A DNA stretch of 64,000 bases from NCBI RefSeq assembly GCF_036365525.1, contig NC_090378.1:124667593-124731592 (forward strand), given 5' to 3'. This document shows, piece by piece, positions 27,601 through 45,100 of the stretch. The notes under the pieces are model-generated. The model was not told the DNA's origin. It made no database searches and was given only the letters and a program-made list of their open reading frames with translations. Position 1 is the stretch's first letter, and each line of letters begins with the position of its first letter. This DNA comes from Heterodontus francisci. Its lineage: Eukaryota. The translations under genes and the position numbers were made by a program.

Positions 27601-30600
27601 TATAATATATAATAATGGACACACAGTCCCACCTCCTGTACTGACACATCCCTCAGTTATATATAATATACAATAATGGACACACAATCCCAAATCCTGT
27701 AATGACACATCCCACAGTTATATATAATGTATAATAATGGACACACAGTCCCACCTCCTGCAATGACACATCCCACAGTTATATATAATATATAATAATG
27801 GACACACAGTCCCACCTCCTGTACTGACACATCCCACAGTTATATATAATATATAATAATGGACACATAATCCCACCTCCTGTAATGACACATCCCACAG
27901 TTATATATAATATATAATAATGGACACACAGTCCCACCTCCTGCAATGACACATCCCACAGTTATATATAATATATAATAATGGACACACAGTCCCACAT
28001 CCTGTACTGACACATCCCACAGTTATATATTATATATAATAATGGAAACAAAGTCCCACCTCCTGTACTGACACATCCCACAGTTATATATAATAAATAA
28101 TAATGGACACACAGTCCCACCTCCTGCACTGACACATCCCACAGTTATATATAATATATAATAATGGACACACAGTCCCACCTCCTGTACTGACACATCC
28201 CACAGTTATATATAATATATAATAATGGACACACAGTCCCACCTCCTGCACTGACACATCCCAAAGTTATGTATAATATATAATAATGGACACACAGTCC
28301 CACCTCCGGTACTGACACGTCCCACAGTTATATATAATATATAATAATGGACACACAGTCCCACCTCCTGCACTGCAACATCCCACAGTTATATATAATA
28401 TATAATAATGGACACACAGTCCCACCTCCTGTACTGACACATCCCACAGTTATATATAATATATAATAATGGACACACAGTCCCACCTCCTGTATTGACA
28501 CATCCCACAGTTATATATAATAAATAAATATTGACACAAAGTCCCACCTCCTGTAATGATACATCCCACAGTTATATATAATATATAATAACGGACACAC
28601 AGTCCCACCTCCTGTATTGACACATCCCACAGTTATATATAATAAATAATAATGGACACACAGTCCCACCTCCTATACTGACACATCCTACAGTTATATA
28701 TAATATATAATAATGGACACACAGTCCCACCTCCTGTACTGACACATCCCACAGTTATACATAATATGTAAAAATGGACACAGAGTCCCACCTCCTGTAC
28801 TGACACATCCCACAGTTATATATAATATATAATAATGGACACACAGTCCCACCTCCTGCAATGACACATCCCACATTTATATATAATATATAATAATGGA
28901 CACACAGTCCCACCTCCTGTACTGACACGTCCCACAGTTATATATAATATATAATAATGGACACACAGTCCCCCCTCCAGTCAGGACACATCCCACAGTT
29001 ATATATACTATATAATAATGGACACACAGTCCCACCTCCTGCACTGACACATCCCAAAGTTATGTATAATATATAATAATGGACACACAGACCCACCTCC
29101 GGTACTGACACGTCCCACAGTTATATATAATCTATAATAATGGACACACAGTCCCACCTCCTGCACTGCAACATCCCACAGTTATATATAATATATAATA
29201 ATGGACACACAGTCCCACATCCTGTACTGACACATCCCACAGTTATATATAATATATAATAATGGACACAGAGTCCCACCTCCTGTATTGACACATCCCA
29301 CAGTTATATATAATAAATAAAAATTGACACAAAGTCCCACCTCCTGTAATGACACATCCCACAGTTATATATAATATATAATAACGGACACACAGTCCCA
29401 CCTCCTGTATTGACACATCCCGCAGTTATATATAATAAATAATAATGGACACACAGTCCCACCTCCTATACTGACACATACCACAGTTATATATAATATA
29501 TAATAATGGACACACAGTCCCACCTCCTGTACTGACACATCCCACAGTTATATATAATATATAATAATGGACACACAGTCCCACCTCCTGTACTGACACA
29601 TCCCACAGTTATACATAATATGTAAAAATGGACACACAGTCCCACCTCCTGTACTGACACATCCCACAGTTATATATAATATATAATAATGGACACACAG
29701 TCCCACCTCCTGCAATGACACATCCCACATTTATATATAATATATAATAATGGACACACAGTCCCACATCCTGGACTAACACATCCCACAGTTATATATT
29801 ATATATAATAATGGACACACAGTCCCACCTCCTTTACTGACACGTCCCACAGTTATATATAATATATAATAATGGACACACAGTCCCACCTCCTGTACAG
29901 ACACGTCCCACAGTTATATATAATATATAATAATGGACACACAGTCCCCCCTCCAGTCAGGACACATCCCACAGTTATATATAATATATTATAATGGACA
30001 CACGGTCCCACCTCCTGCACTGACATACCCCACAGTAATATATAATATATAATAATGGACACACAGTCCCACCTCCTGTAATGACATATCCCACAGTTAT
30101 ATATAATATATAATAATGGACACACAGTCCCACCTCCTGTACTGACACATCCCTCAGTTATATATAATATACAATAATGGACACACAATCCCAAATCCTG
30201 TAATGACACATCCCACAGTTATATATAATGTATAATAATGGACACACAGTCCCACCTCCTGCAATGACACATCCCACAGTTATATATAATATATAATAAT
30301 GGACACACAGTCCCACCTCCTGTACTGACACATCCCACAGTTATATATAATATATAATAATGGACACACAATCCCACCTCCTGTAATGACACATCCCACA
30401 GTTATATATAATATATAATAATGGACACACAGTCCCACCTCCTGCAATGACACATCCCACAGTTATATATAATATATAATAATGGACACACAGTCCCACC
30501 TCCTGTACTGACACATCCCACAGTTATATATAATATATAATAATGGACACACAATCCCACCTCCTGTAATGACACATCCCACAGTTATATATAATATATA

Positions 30601-30900
30601 ATAATGGACACACAGTCCCACCTCCTGCAATGACACATCCCACAGTTATATATAATATATAATAATGGACACACAGTCCCACCTCCTGCACTGACACATC
30701 CCAAAGTTATGTATAATATATAATAATGGACACACAGTCCCACCTCCGGTACTGACACGTCCCACAGTTATATATAATATATAATAATGGACACACAGTC
30801 CCACCTCCTGCACTGCAACATCCCACAGTTATATATAATATATAATAATGGACACACAGTCCCACCTCCTGTACTGACACATCCCACAGTTATATATAAT
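24650..30900 (+). repeat. Zone of overlapping 14-mer (854), 16-mer (976) and 41-mer (2501 bp) higher-order repeats; ends approximate
   Basis: ORF-track offsets 25217/26071, 26071/27047, 28694/29548 and 27352/29853. Marker caaatcctg at 27691 and 30192. Confidence 0.8.
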
Positions 30901-30909
30901 AAATAATAA

Positions 30910-33900
30910 TGGACACACAGTCCCACCTCCTGTAATGACACATCCCACAGTTATATATAATATATAATAACGGACACACAGTCCCACCTCCTGTATTGAC
31001 ACATCCCACAGTTATATATAATAAATAATAATGGACACACAGTCCCACCTCCTATACTGACACATCCCACAGTTATATATAATATATAATAATGGACACA
31101 CAGTTCCATCTCCTGGACTGACACGTCCCACAGTTATATATAATATATAATAATGGACACACAGTCCCACCTTCTGTACTGACACATCCCACAGTTATAC
31201 ATAATATGTAAAAATGGACACACAGTCCCACCTCCTGTACTGACACATCCCACAGTTATATATAATATATAATAATGGACACACAGTCCCACCTCCTGCA
31301 ATGACACATCCCACATTTATATATAATATATAATAATGGACACACAGTCCCACATCCTGGACTGACACATCCCTCAGTTATATATTATATATAATAATGG
31401 ACACACAGTCCCACCTCCTTTACTGACACGTCCCACAGTTATATATAATATATAATAATGGACACACAGTCCCACCTCCTGTTCTGACACAACCCACATT
31501 TATATATAATATATAATAATGGACACACAGTCCCACCTCCTGCAATGACACATCCCACATTTATATATAATATATAATAATGGACGCACAGTCCCACACC
31601 CTGGACTGACACATCCCACAGTTATATATTATATATAATAATGGACACACAGTCCCACCTCCTTTACTGACACGTCCCACAGTTATATATAATATATAAT
31701 AATGGACACACAGTACCACCTCCTGTACTGACACGTCCCACAGTTATATATAATATATAATAATGGACACACAGTCCCACCTCCAGTCAGGACACATCCC
31801 ACAGTTATATATAATATATTATAATGGACACACAGTCCCACCTCCTGCACTGACATACCCCACAGTAATATATAATATATAATAATGGACACACAGTCCC
31901 ACCTCCTGTAATGACATATCCCACAGTTATATATAATATATAATAATGGACACACAGTCCCACCTCCTGTACTGACACATCCCTCAGTTATATATAATAT
32001 ACAATAATGGACACACAATCCCACCTCCTGTAATGACACATCCCACAGTTATATATAATATATAATAATGGACACACAGTCCCACCTCCTGCAATGACAC
32101 ATCCCACAGTTATATATAATATTTAATAATGGACACACAGTCCCACCTCCTGTACTGACACATCCCACAGTTATATATAATATATAATAATGGACACACA
32201 ATCCCACCTCCTGTAATGACACATCTGACAGTTATATATAATATATAATAATGGACACACAGTCCCACCTCCTGCAATGACACATCCCACAGTTATATAT
32301 AATATATAATAATGGACACACAGTCCCACATCCTGTACTGACACATCCCACAGTTATATATTATATATAATAATGGAAACAAAGTCCCACCTCCTGTACT
32401 GACACATCCCACAGTTATATATAATAAATAATAATGGACACACAGTCCCACCTCCTGCACTGACACATCCCACAATTATATATAATATATAATAATGGAC
32501 ACACAGTCCCACCTCCTGTACTGACACATCCCACAGTTATATATAATATATAATAATGGACACACAGTCCCACCTCCTGTATTGACACATCCCACAGTTA
32601 TATATAATAAATAAAAATTGACACAAAGTCCCACCTCCTGTAATGACACATCCCACAGTTATATATAATATATAATAACGGACACACAGTCCCACCTCCT
32701 GTATTGACACATCCCACAGTTATATATAATAAATAATAATGGACACACAGTCCCACCTCCTATACTGACACATCCCACAGTTATATATAATATATAATAA
32801 TGGACACACAGTTCCATCTCCTGGACTGACACGTCCCACAGTTATATATAATATATAATAATGGACACACAGTCCCACCTTCTGTACTGACACATCCCAC
32901 AGTTATACATAATATGTAAAAATGGACACACAGTCCCACCTCCTGTACTGACACATCCCACAGTTATATATAATATATAATAATGGACACACAGTCCCAC
33001 CTCCTGCAATGACACATCCCACATTTATATATAATATATAATAATGGACACACAGTCCCACATCCTGGACTGACACATCCCTCAGTTATATATTATATAT
33101 AATAATGGACACACAGTCCCACCTCCTTTACTGACACGTCCCACAGTTATATATAATATATAATAATGGACACACAGTCCCACCTCCTGTTCTGACACAA
33201 CCCACATTTATATATAATATATAATAATGGACACACAGTCCCACCTCCTGCAATGACACATCCCACATTTATATATAATATATAATAATGGACGCACAGT
33301 CCCACACCCTGGACTGACACATCCCACAGTTATATATTATATATAATAATGGACACACAGTCCCACCTCCTTTACTGACACGTCCCACAGTTATATATAA
33401 TATATAATAATGGACACACAGTACCACCTCCTGTACTGACACGTCCCACAGTTATATATAATATATAATAATGGACACACAGTCCCACCTCCAGTCAGGA
33501 CACATCCCACAGTTATATATAATATATTATAATGGACACACAGTCCCACCTCCTGCACTGACATACCCCACAGTAATATATAATATATAATAATGGACAC
33601 ACAGTCCCACCTCCTGTAATGACATATCCCACAGTTATATATAATATATAATAATGGACTCACAGTCCCACCTCCTGTACTGACACATCCCTCAGTTATA
33701 TATAATATACAATAATGGACACACAATCCCACCTCCTGTAATGACACATCCCACAGTTATATATAATATATAATAATGGACACACAGTCCCACCTCCTGC
33801 AATGACACATCCCACAGTTATATATAATATTTAATAATGGACACACAGTCCCACCTCCTGTACTGACACATCCCACAGTTATATATAATATATAATAATG

Positions 33901-36620
33901 GACACACAATCCCACCTCCTGTAATGACACATCTGACAGTTATATATAATATATAATAATGGACACACAGTCCCACCTCCTGCAATGACACATCCCACAG
34001 TTATATATAATATATAATAATGGACACACAGTCCCACATCCTGTACTGACACATCCCACAGTTATATATTATATATAATAATGGAAACAAAGTCCCACCT
34101 CCTGTACTGACACATCCCACAGTTATATATAATAAATAATAATGGACACACAGTCCCACCTCCTGCACTGACACATCCCACAATTATATATAATATATAA
34201 TAATGGACACACAGTCCCACCTCCTGTACTGACACATCCCACAGTTATATATAATATATAATAATGGACACACAGTCCCACCTCCTGTATTGACACATCC
34301 CACAGTTATATATAATAAATAAAAATTGACACAAAGTCCCACCTCCTGTAATGACACATCCCACAGTTATATATAATATATAATAACGGACACACAGTCC
34401 CACCTCCTGTATTGACACATCCCACAGTTCTATATAATAAATAATAATGGACACACAGTCCCACCTCCTATACTGACACATCCCACAGTTATATATAATA
34501 TATAATAATGGACACACAGTCCCACCTCCTGCACTGACACATCCCACAGTTATATATAATATATAATAATGGACACACAGTCCCACCTTCTGTACTGACA
34601 CATCCCACAGTTATACATAATATGTAAAAATGGACACACAGTCCCACCTCCTGTACTGACACATCCCAAAGTTATATATAATATATAATAATGGACACAC
34701 AGTCCCACCTCCTGCAATGACACATCCCACATTTATATATAATATATAATAATGGACACACAGTCCCACATCCTGGACTGACACATCCCACAGTTATATA
34801 TTATATATAATAATGGACACACAGTCCCACCTCCTTTACTGACACGTCCCACAGTTATATATAATATATAATAATGGACACACAGTCCCACCTCCTGTTC
34901 TGACACAACCCACATTTATATATAATATATAATAATGGACACACAGTCCCACCTCCTGCAATGACACATCCCACATTTATATATAATATATAATAATGGA
35001 CGCACAGTCCCACACCCTGGACTGACACATCCCACAGTTATATATTATATATAATAATGGACACACAGTCCCACCTCCTTTACTGACACGTCCCACAGTT
35101 ATATATAATATATAATAATGGACACACAGTACCACCTCCTGTACTGACACGTCCCACAGTTATATATAATATATAATAATGGACACACAGTCCCACCTCC
35201 AGTCAGGACACATCCCACAGTTATATATAATATATTATAATGGACACACAGTCCCACCTCCTGCACTGACATACCCCACAGTAATATATAATATATAATA
35301 ATGGACACACAGTCCCACCTCCTGTAATGACATATCCCACAGTTATATATAATATATAATAATGGACACACAGTCCCACCTCCTGTACTGACACATCCCT
35401 CAGTTATATATAATATACAATAATGGACACACAATCCCACCTCCTGTAATGACACATCCCACAGTTATATATAATATATAATAATGGACACACAGTCCCA
35501 CCTCCTGCAATGACACATCCCACAGTTATATATAATATTTAATAATGGACACACAGTCCCACCTCCTGTACTGACACATCCCACAGTTATATATAATATA
35601 TAATAATGGACACACAATCCCACCTCCTGTAATGACACATCTGACAGTTATATATAATATATAATAATGGACACACAGTCCCACCTCCTGCAATGACACA
35701 TCCCACAGTTATATATAATATATAATAATGGACACACAGTCCCACATCCTGTACTGACACATCCCACAGTTATATATTATATATAATAATGGAAACAAAG
35801 TCCCACCTCCTGTACTGACACATCCCACAGTTATATATAATAAATAATAATGGACACACAGTCCCACCTCCTGCACTGACACATCCCACAATTATATATA
35901 ATATATAATAATGGACACACAGTCCCACCTCCTGTACTGACACATCCCACAGTTATATATAATATATAATAATGGACACACAGTCCCACCTCCTGTATTG
36001 ACACATCCCACAGTTATATATAATAAATAAAAATTGACACAAAGTCCCACCTCCTGTAATGACACATCCCACAGTTATATATAATATATAATAACGGACA
36101 CACAGTCCCACCTCCTGTATTGACACATCCCACAGTTCTATATAATAAATAATAATGGACACACAGTCCCACCTCCTATACTGACACATCCCACAGTTAT
36201 ATATAATATATAATAATGGACACACAGTCCCACCTCCTGCACTGACACATCCCACAGTTATATATAATATATAATAATGGACACACAGTCCCACCTTCTG
36301 TACTGACACATCCCACAGTTATACATAATATGTAAAAATGGACACACAGTCCCACCTCCTGTACTGACACATCCCAAAGTTATATATAATATATAATAAT
36401 GGACACACAGTCCCACCTCCTGCAATGACACATCCCACATTTATATATAATATATAATAATGGACACACAGTCCCACATCCTGGACTGACACATCCCACA
36501 GTTATATATTATATATAATAATGGACACACAGTCCCACCTCCTTTACTGACACGTCCCACAGTTATATATAATATATAATAATGGACACACAGTCCCACC
36601 TCCTGTACTGACACGTCCCA
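30910..36620 (+). repeat. Higher-order repeat: 28-mer (1708 bp), about 3.3 copies; ends approximate
   Basis: catctgacag marker with ctgac at 32225, 33933 and 35641. gttctgacacaaccc at 31481, 33189 and 34897. Spacing is exactly 28x61. Confidence 0.92.
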
Positions 36621-38049
36621 CAGTTATATATAATAAATAATAATGGACACACAGTCCCCCCTCCAGTCAGGACACATCCCACAGTTATATATAATATATT
36701 ATAATGGACACACGGTCCCACCTCCTGCACTGACATACCCCACAGTAATATATAATATATAATAATGGACACACAGTCCCACCTCCTGTAATGACATATC
36801 CCACAGTTATATATAATATATAATAATGGACACACAGTCCCACCTCCTGTACTGACACATCCCTCAGTTATATATGATATACAATAATGGACACACAATC
36901 CCACCTCCTGTAATGACACATCCCACAGTTATATATAATATATAATAATGGACACACAGTCCCACCTCCTGCAATGACACATCCCACAGTTATATATAAT
37001 ATGTAATAATGGACACACAGTCCCACCTCCTGTACTGACACATCCCACAGTTATATATAATATATAATAATGGACACACAATCCCACCTCCTGTAATGAC
37101 ACATCCCACAGTTATATATAATATATAATAATGGACACACAGTCCCACCTCCTGCAATGACACATCCCACAGTTATATATAATATATAATAATGGACACA
37201 CAGTCCCACATCCTGTACTGACACATCCCACAGTTTTATATTATGTATAATAATGGAAACAAAGTCCCACCTCCTGTACTGACACATCCCACAGTTATAT
37301 ATAATAAATAATAATGGACACACAGTCCCACCTCCTGCACTGACACATCCCACAGTTATATATAATATATAATAATGGACACACAGTCCCACCTCCTCTA
37401 CTGACACATCCCACAGTTATATATAATATATAATAATGGACACACAGTCCCACCTCCTGCACTGACACATCCCAAAGTTATGTATAATATATAATAATGG
37501 ACACACAGTCCCACCTCCGGTACTGACACATCCCACAGTTATATATAATATATAATAATGGACACACAGTCCCACCTCCTGCAATGACACATCCCACAGT
37601 TATATATAATATATAATAATGGACATGCAGTCCCACATCCTGTACTGACACATCCCACAGTTATATATTATATATAATAATGGAAACAAAGTCCCACCTC
37701 CTGTACTGACACATCCCACAGTTATATATAATAAATAATAACGGACACACAGTCCCACCTCCTATACTGACACATCCCACATTTATATATAATATATAAT
37801 AATGGACACACAGTCCCACCTCCTGTACTGACACGTCCCACAGTTACATATAATATATAATAATGGACACACAGTCCCACCTCCTGTACTGACACATCCC
37901 ACAGTTATATATAATAAATAATAATTGACACACAGTCCCACCTCCTGTAATGACACATCCCACAGTTATATATAATATATAATAATGGACACACAGTCCC
38001 ACCTCCTGTACTGACACATCCCACAGTTATATATAATATATAATAATGG

Positions 38050-39190
38050 ACACACAGTCCCAACTCCTGCACTGACACATCCCAAAGTTATGTATAATCG
38101 CTAATAATGGACACACAGTCCCACCTCCGGTACTGACACGTCCCACAGTAACATATAATAAATAATAATGGACACACAGTCCCACCTCCTGCACTGAAAC
38201 CTCCCAGAGTTATATATAATATATTATAATGGACACACAGTCCCACCTCCTGTACTGACACGTCACACAGTTGTAAATAATATATAGCAATGGACACACA
38301 GTCCCACCTCCTGTACTGAAACATCCCACAGTTATATATAATAGATAATAATGGACACACAGTCCCACCTCCTGTACTGACATATCCCACAGGTATATAT
38401 AATAAATAATAATGGACACACAGTCCCTCCTCCTGTACTGACACATCCCACAGTTATATATAATATATAATAATGGACACAGAGTCCAATCTTCTGTACT
38501 GACACGTCCCACAGTTGTATATAATATATTATAATGGACACACAGTCCCACCTCCTGTCCTGACATATCCCACAGTTATATATAATATATAATAATGGAC
38601 ACACAGTCCCACATCCTGCACTGACACATCCCACAGTTATAAATAATATATAATAATGGACACACAGTCCCACCTCCTGCACTGACACATCCCACAATTA
38701 TATATTTTTAAAAAATTGGACACACAGTCCCTCCTCCACTTCTGACATTTCCCTCAGTAATATATAATCAATAATAATGGACACACAGTCCCACCTCCTG
38801 TACTGACACATCCCACAGTTATATATAATATATAATAATGGACACAGAGTCCCATCTTCTGTACTGACACGTCCCACAGTTGTCTATAATATATTATAAT
38901 GGACACAAAGTCCCACCTCCTTCACTGACATATCCCACAGTTATCTATAATATATAATAATGGACACACAGTCCCACCTCCTATACTGACATATCCCACA
39001 GTTATATATAATATATAACAATGGACACACAGTCCCACCTCCTGTACTGACACATCCCACAGTTATGTATCATGTATAATAATGGACACGCAGTCCCACC
39101 TCCTGTATTGACACATCCCACAGTTATATATAATATATAATAATGGACACACAGTCCCACCTCCTGTACTGACACATCCCACAGTTATAT
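38050..39190 (+). repeat. Non-tandem duplicated block of divergent monomers; second copy about 44400-45530 (offset 6338)
   Basis: Shared aatcgctaat, gtaacatat, gtcacacagttgtaaat, tatagcaat and caggtatat variants. ORFs at 38210 and 44548 are identical. Confidence 0.85.
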
Positions 39191-42100
39191 ATAATATATA
39201 ATAATGGACACACAGTCCCACCTCCGATACTGAAACCTCCCACAGATATATATAATATATTATAATGGACACACAGTGCCACCTTCTGTCTGAAACATCC
39301 CACAGTTATATATAGTGTGTAAAAATGCACACACAGTCCCTCCTCCTGTACTGAAACATCCCACAGTTATATATAATAGATAATAATGGACACACAGTCC
39401 CACCTCCTGTACTGACATATCCCACAGTTATATATAATAAATAATAATGGACACACAGTCCCTCCTCCTGTACTGACACATCCCACAGTTATATATAATA
39501 TATAATAATGGACACAGAGTCCAATCTTCTGTACTGACACGTCCCACAGTTGCATATAATATATTATAATGGACACACAGTCCCACCTCCTGTCCTGACA
39601 TATCCCACAGTTATATATAATAAATAATAATGGACACACAGTCCCACACCTGCACTGACACATCCCACAGTTATATATAATATATAATAATGGACACACA
39701 GTCCCACATCCAGAACTGACACGTCCCACAGTTATATTTAATAAATAATAATGGACACACAGTCCCAACTCCTATACTGACAAATCCCACACTTATATCT
39801 AACTTATAATAATGGACACACAGTCCCACCTCCTGTACTGACACTTCCCACAGTTATATATAATATATAATGATGGACACACAGTCCCACCTCCTGTACT
39901 GACACATCCCACAGTTATATATAATATATAATAATGGACACACAGTCCCACCTCCTGTACTGACACATCCCACAGTTATATATAATATACAATAATGGGC
40001 ACACAGTCCCACCTCCTGTACTGACACATCCCACAGTTATATATAATATATAATAATGGACACACAGTCCCACCTCCTGTACTGACACATCCCACAGTTA
40101 TATATAATATATAATAATGGACACACAGTCCCTCCTCCTGTACTGACACATCCCACAGTTATATATAATATATAATAATGGACACACAGTCCCACCTCCT
40201 GTACTGACACATCCCACAGTTATATATAATATATAATAATGGACACACAGTCCCACCTCCTGTACTGACACATCCCACAGTTATATATAATATATAATAA
40301 TGGACACAAAGTCCCACCTCCTGTACTGACACATCCCACAGTTATATATAATATATAATAATGGACACACAGTCCCACCTCCTGTACTGACACATCCCAC
40401 AGTTATATATAATATATAATAATGGAAACACAGTCCCACCTCCTGTACTGACACATCCCACAGTTATATATAGTATATAATAATGGACACACAGTCCCTC
40501 CTCCTGTACTGACACATCCCACAGTTATATATAATATATAATAATGGACACACAGTCCCACCTCCTGTACTGACACATCCCACAGTTATATATAATATAT
40601 AATAATGGAAACACAGTCCCACCGCCTGTACTGACACATCCCACAATTATATATAATATATAATAATGGACACACAGTCCCACCTCCTGCACTGAGACAT
40701 CCCACAATTATATCTTCTAGATAATAATGGATACACAGTCCCTCCTCCTGTACTGACACATCCCACAGTTATATATAATAAATAATAATGGACACACAGT
40801 CCCACACCTGCACTGACACATCCCACAGTTATATATCATGTATAATAATGGACACACAGTCCCACATCCTGTACTGACACATCCCACAGTTATATATAAT
40901 AAATAATAATGGACACACTGTCCCACACCTGCAGTGACACATCCCACAGTTATATATAATATATAATAATGGACACACAGTCCCACATCCAGAACTGACA
41001 TGTCCCACAGTTATATATAATATATAATAATGGACACACAGTCCCACCTCCTGTACTGACACTTCCCACAGTTATATATAATATATAATAATGGAAACAC
41101 AGTCTCACCTCCTGTACTGACACATCCCACAGTTATATATAATATATAATAATGGAAACACAGTCTCACCTCCTGTACTGACACATCCCACAGTTATATA
41201 TAATATATAATAATGGACACACAGTCCCACCTCCTGTACTGACACATCCCACAGTTATATATAATATATAATAATGGACACACAGTCCCACCTCCTGTAC
41301 TGACACATCCCACAGTTATATATAATATATAATAATGGAAACACAGTCCCACCGCCTGTACTGACACATCCCACAGTTATATATAATATATAATAATGGA
41401 CACACAGTCCCACCTCCTGCACTGACACATCCCACATTTATATATAAAAGATAATAATGGACACACAGTCCCACCTCCTACACTGACATATCCCGCTGTA
41501 ATATATAATATATAATAATGGACACACAGACACTGCTCCTGTACAGAAACATCCCACAGTTATATATAATATATAATAATGGACAGACAGTCCCACATCC
41601 TGCACTGACACATCCCACAGTTATAAATAATATATAATAATGGACACACAGTCCCACCTCCTGCACTGACACATCCCACATTTATATATAATATGTAATT
41701 ATGGACACACAGTCCCACCTCCTGCACTGACACATCCCACAATTATATATTAAAAAAAAATTGGACACACAGTCCCTCCTCCAGTTCTGACATTTCCCTC
41801 AGTAATATATAATCAATAATAATGGACACACAGTCCCACCTCCTGTAATGACACATCCCACAGTTATATATAATCAATAATAATGGACACACAGTCCCAC
41901 CTCCTGTAATGACACATCCCACAGTTATATATAATCAATAATAATGGACACACAGTCCCACCTCCTGTAATGACACATCCCACAGTTATATATAATCAAT
42001 AATAATGGACACACAGTCCCACCTCCTGTACTGACACATCCCACAGTTATATATAATATATAATAATGGACACACAGTCCCTCCTCCTGTATGGACACGT

Positions 42101-45100
42101 CCCACAGTTGTCTATAATATATTATAATGGACACAAAGTCCCACCTCCTTCACTGACATATCCCACAGTTATCTATAATATATATTAATGGACACACAGT
42201 CCCACCTCCTATACTGACATATCCCTCAGTTATATATAATATATAACAATGGACACACAGTCCCACCTCCTGTACTGACACATCCCACAGTTATGTATCA
42301 TGTATAATAATGGACACGCAGTCCCACATCCTGTACTGACACATCCCACAGTTATATATAATATATAATAATGGACACACAGTCCCTCCTCCTGTACTGA
42401 CACATCCCACAGTTATATATAATATATAATAATGGACACACAGTCCCACCTCCTTCACTGACATATCCCACAGTTATATATAATATATAATAATGGACAC
42501 ACAGTCCCTCCTCCTGTATGGACACATCCCACAGTTATATATAATATATAATAATGGACACACAGTCCCGCCTCCTGTACTGACACATCCCACAGTTATA
42601 TATAATATATAATAATGGACACACAGTCCCTCCTCCTGTACTGACACATCCCACAGTTATATATAATATATAATAATGGACACACAGTCCCTCCTCCTGT
42701 ATGGACACATCCCACAGTTATATATAATATATAATAATGGACACACAGTCCCTCCTCCTGTACTGACACATCCCACAGTTATATATAATATATAATAATG
42801 GACACACAGTCCCTCCTCCTGTACTGACACATCCCACAGTTATATATAATATATAATAATGGACACACAGTCCCACCTCCTTCACTGACATATCCCACAG
42901 TTATATATAATATATAATAATGGACACACAGTCCCTCCTCCTGTATGGACACATCCCACAGTTATATATAATATATAATAATGGATACACAGTCCCACCT
43001 CCTGTACTGACACATCCCACAGTTATATATAATATATAATAATGGACACACAGTCCCTCCTCCTGTACTGACACATCCCACAGTTATATATAATATATAA
43101 TAATGGACACACAGTCCCACCTCCTTCACTGACATATCCCACAGTTATATATAATATATAATAATGGACACACAGTCCCTCCTCCTGTATGGACACATCC
43201 CACAGTTATATATAATATATAATAATGGACACACAGTCCCTCCTCCTGTATGGACACATCCCACAGTTATATATAATATATAATAATGGATACACATTCC
43301 CACCTCCTGCACTGACACATCCCACAGTTATATATAATATATAATAATGGACACACAGTCCCACCTCCTGTACTGACACATCCCACAGTTATATATAATA
43401 GATAATAATGGATACACAGTGCCACCTCCTGTACTGACACATCCCACAGTTATATCTAATATATAATAATGGACACACAGTCCCACCTCCTTCACTGACA
43501 CATCCCACAGTTATATATAATATATAATAATGGAAACACAGTCCCTCTTCCTTTTCTGACACATCCCACATTTATATATAATATATAATAATGGACACAC
43601 AGTCCCACCTCCTGCACTGAGACATCCCACAGTTATATCTTCTGGACAATAATAGATACACAGTCCCTCCTCCTGCACTGACACATCCCACAGTTATATA
43701 TAATATATAATAATGGACACACAGTCCCACCTCCTGCAGTGACATATCCCACAGTTATATATAATATATATAAATGCACACACAGTCCCACCTCCTGTAC
43801 TGACACATCCCACAGTTATATATAATATATAATAATGGACACACAGTCCCACCTCCTGCACTGACATATCCCACAGTTATATATAATATATATAAATGCA
43901 CACACAGTCCCACCTCCTGTACTGACACATCCCACAGTTATATATAATATATAATAATGGACACACAGTCCCACCTCCTGCACTGACACATCCCACAGTT
44001 ATATCTTCTGGACAATAATAGATACACAGTCCCTCCTCCTGCACTGACACATCCCACAGTTATATATAATATATAATAATGGACACACAGTCCCACCTCC
44101 TGCACTGACATATCCCACAGTTATATATAATATATATAAATGCACACACAGTCCCACCTCCTGTACTGACACATTCCACAGCTTTATATAATATATAATA
44201 ACGGACACACATTCCCATCTCCTGCACTGACACATCCCACAGTTATATATAATATATAATAATGGACACACAGTCCCACCTCCTGTACTGACACATTCCA
44301 CAGCTTTATATAATATATAATAACGGACACACATTCCCATCTCCTGCACTGACACATCCCACAGTTATATCTAATATATTATAATGGACACACAGTCCCT
44401 CCTCCTGCACTGACACATCCCACAGTTATATATAATCGCTAATAATGGACACACAGTCCCAGCTCCTGAACTGACACGTCCCACAGTAACATATAATAAA
44501 TAATAATGGACACACAGTCCCACCTCCTGCACTGAAACCTCCCACAGTTATATATAATATATTATAATGGACACACAGTCCCACCTCCTGTACTGACACG
44601 TCACACAGTTGTAAATAATATATAGCAATGGACACACAGTCCCACCTCCTGTACTGAAACATCCCACAGTTATATATAATAGATAATAATGGACACACAG
44701 TCCCACCTCCTGTACTGACATATCCCACAGGTATATATAATAAATAATAATGGACACACAGTCCCTCCTCCTGTACTGACACATCCCACAGTTATATATA
44801 ATATATAATAATGGACACAGAGTCCAATCTTCTGTACTGACACGTCCCACAGTTGTATATAATATATTATAATGGACACACAGTCCCACCTCCTGTCCTG
44901 ACATATCCCACAGTTATATATAATATATAATAATGGACACACAGTCCCACATCCTGCACTGACACATCCCACAGTTATAAATAATATATAATAATGGACA
45001 CACAGTCCCACCTCCTGCACTGACACATCCCACAATTATATATTTTAAAAAAATTGGACACACAGTCCCTCCTCCACTTCTGACATTTCCCTCAGTAATA

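Larger units (their letters stand above)
7053..29250 (+). repeat. Macro-duplication copy 1 (paralog of 47653-64000); right end approximate
   Basis: Colinear rare variants at offsets 40600, 39199, 39139, 39200, 39078, 36208, 36209, 36270, 36455 and 34747. The changes are consistent with whole-monomer gains or losses plus the LINE. Confidence 0.88.
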
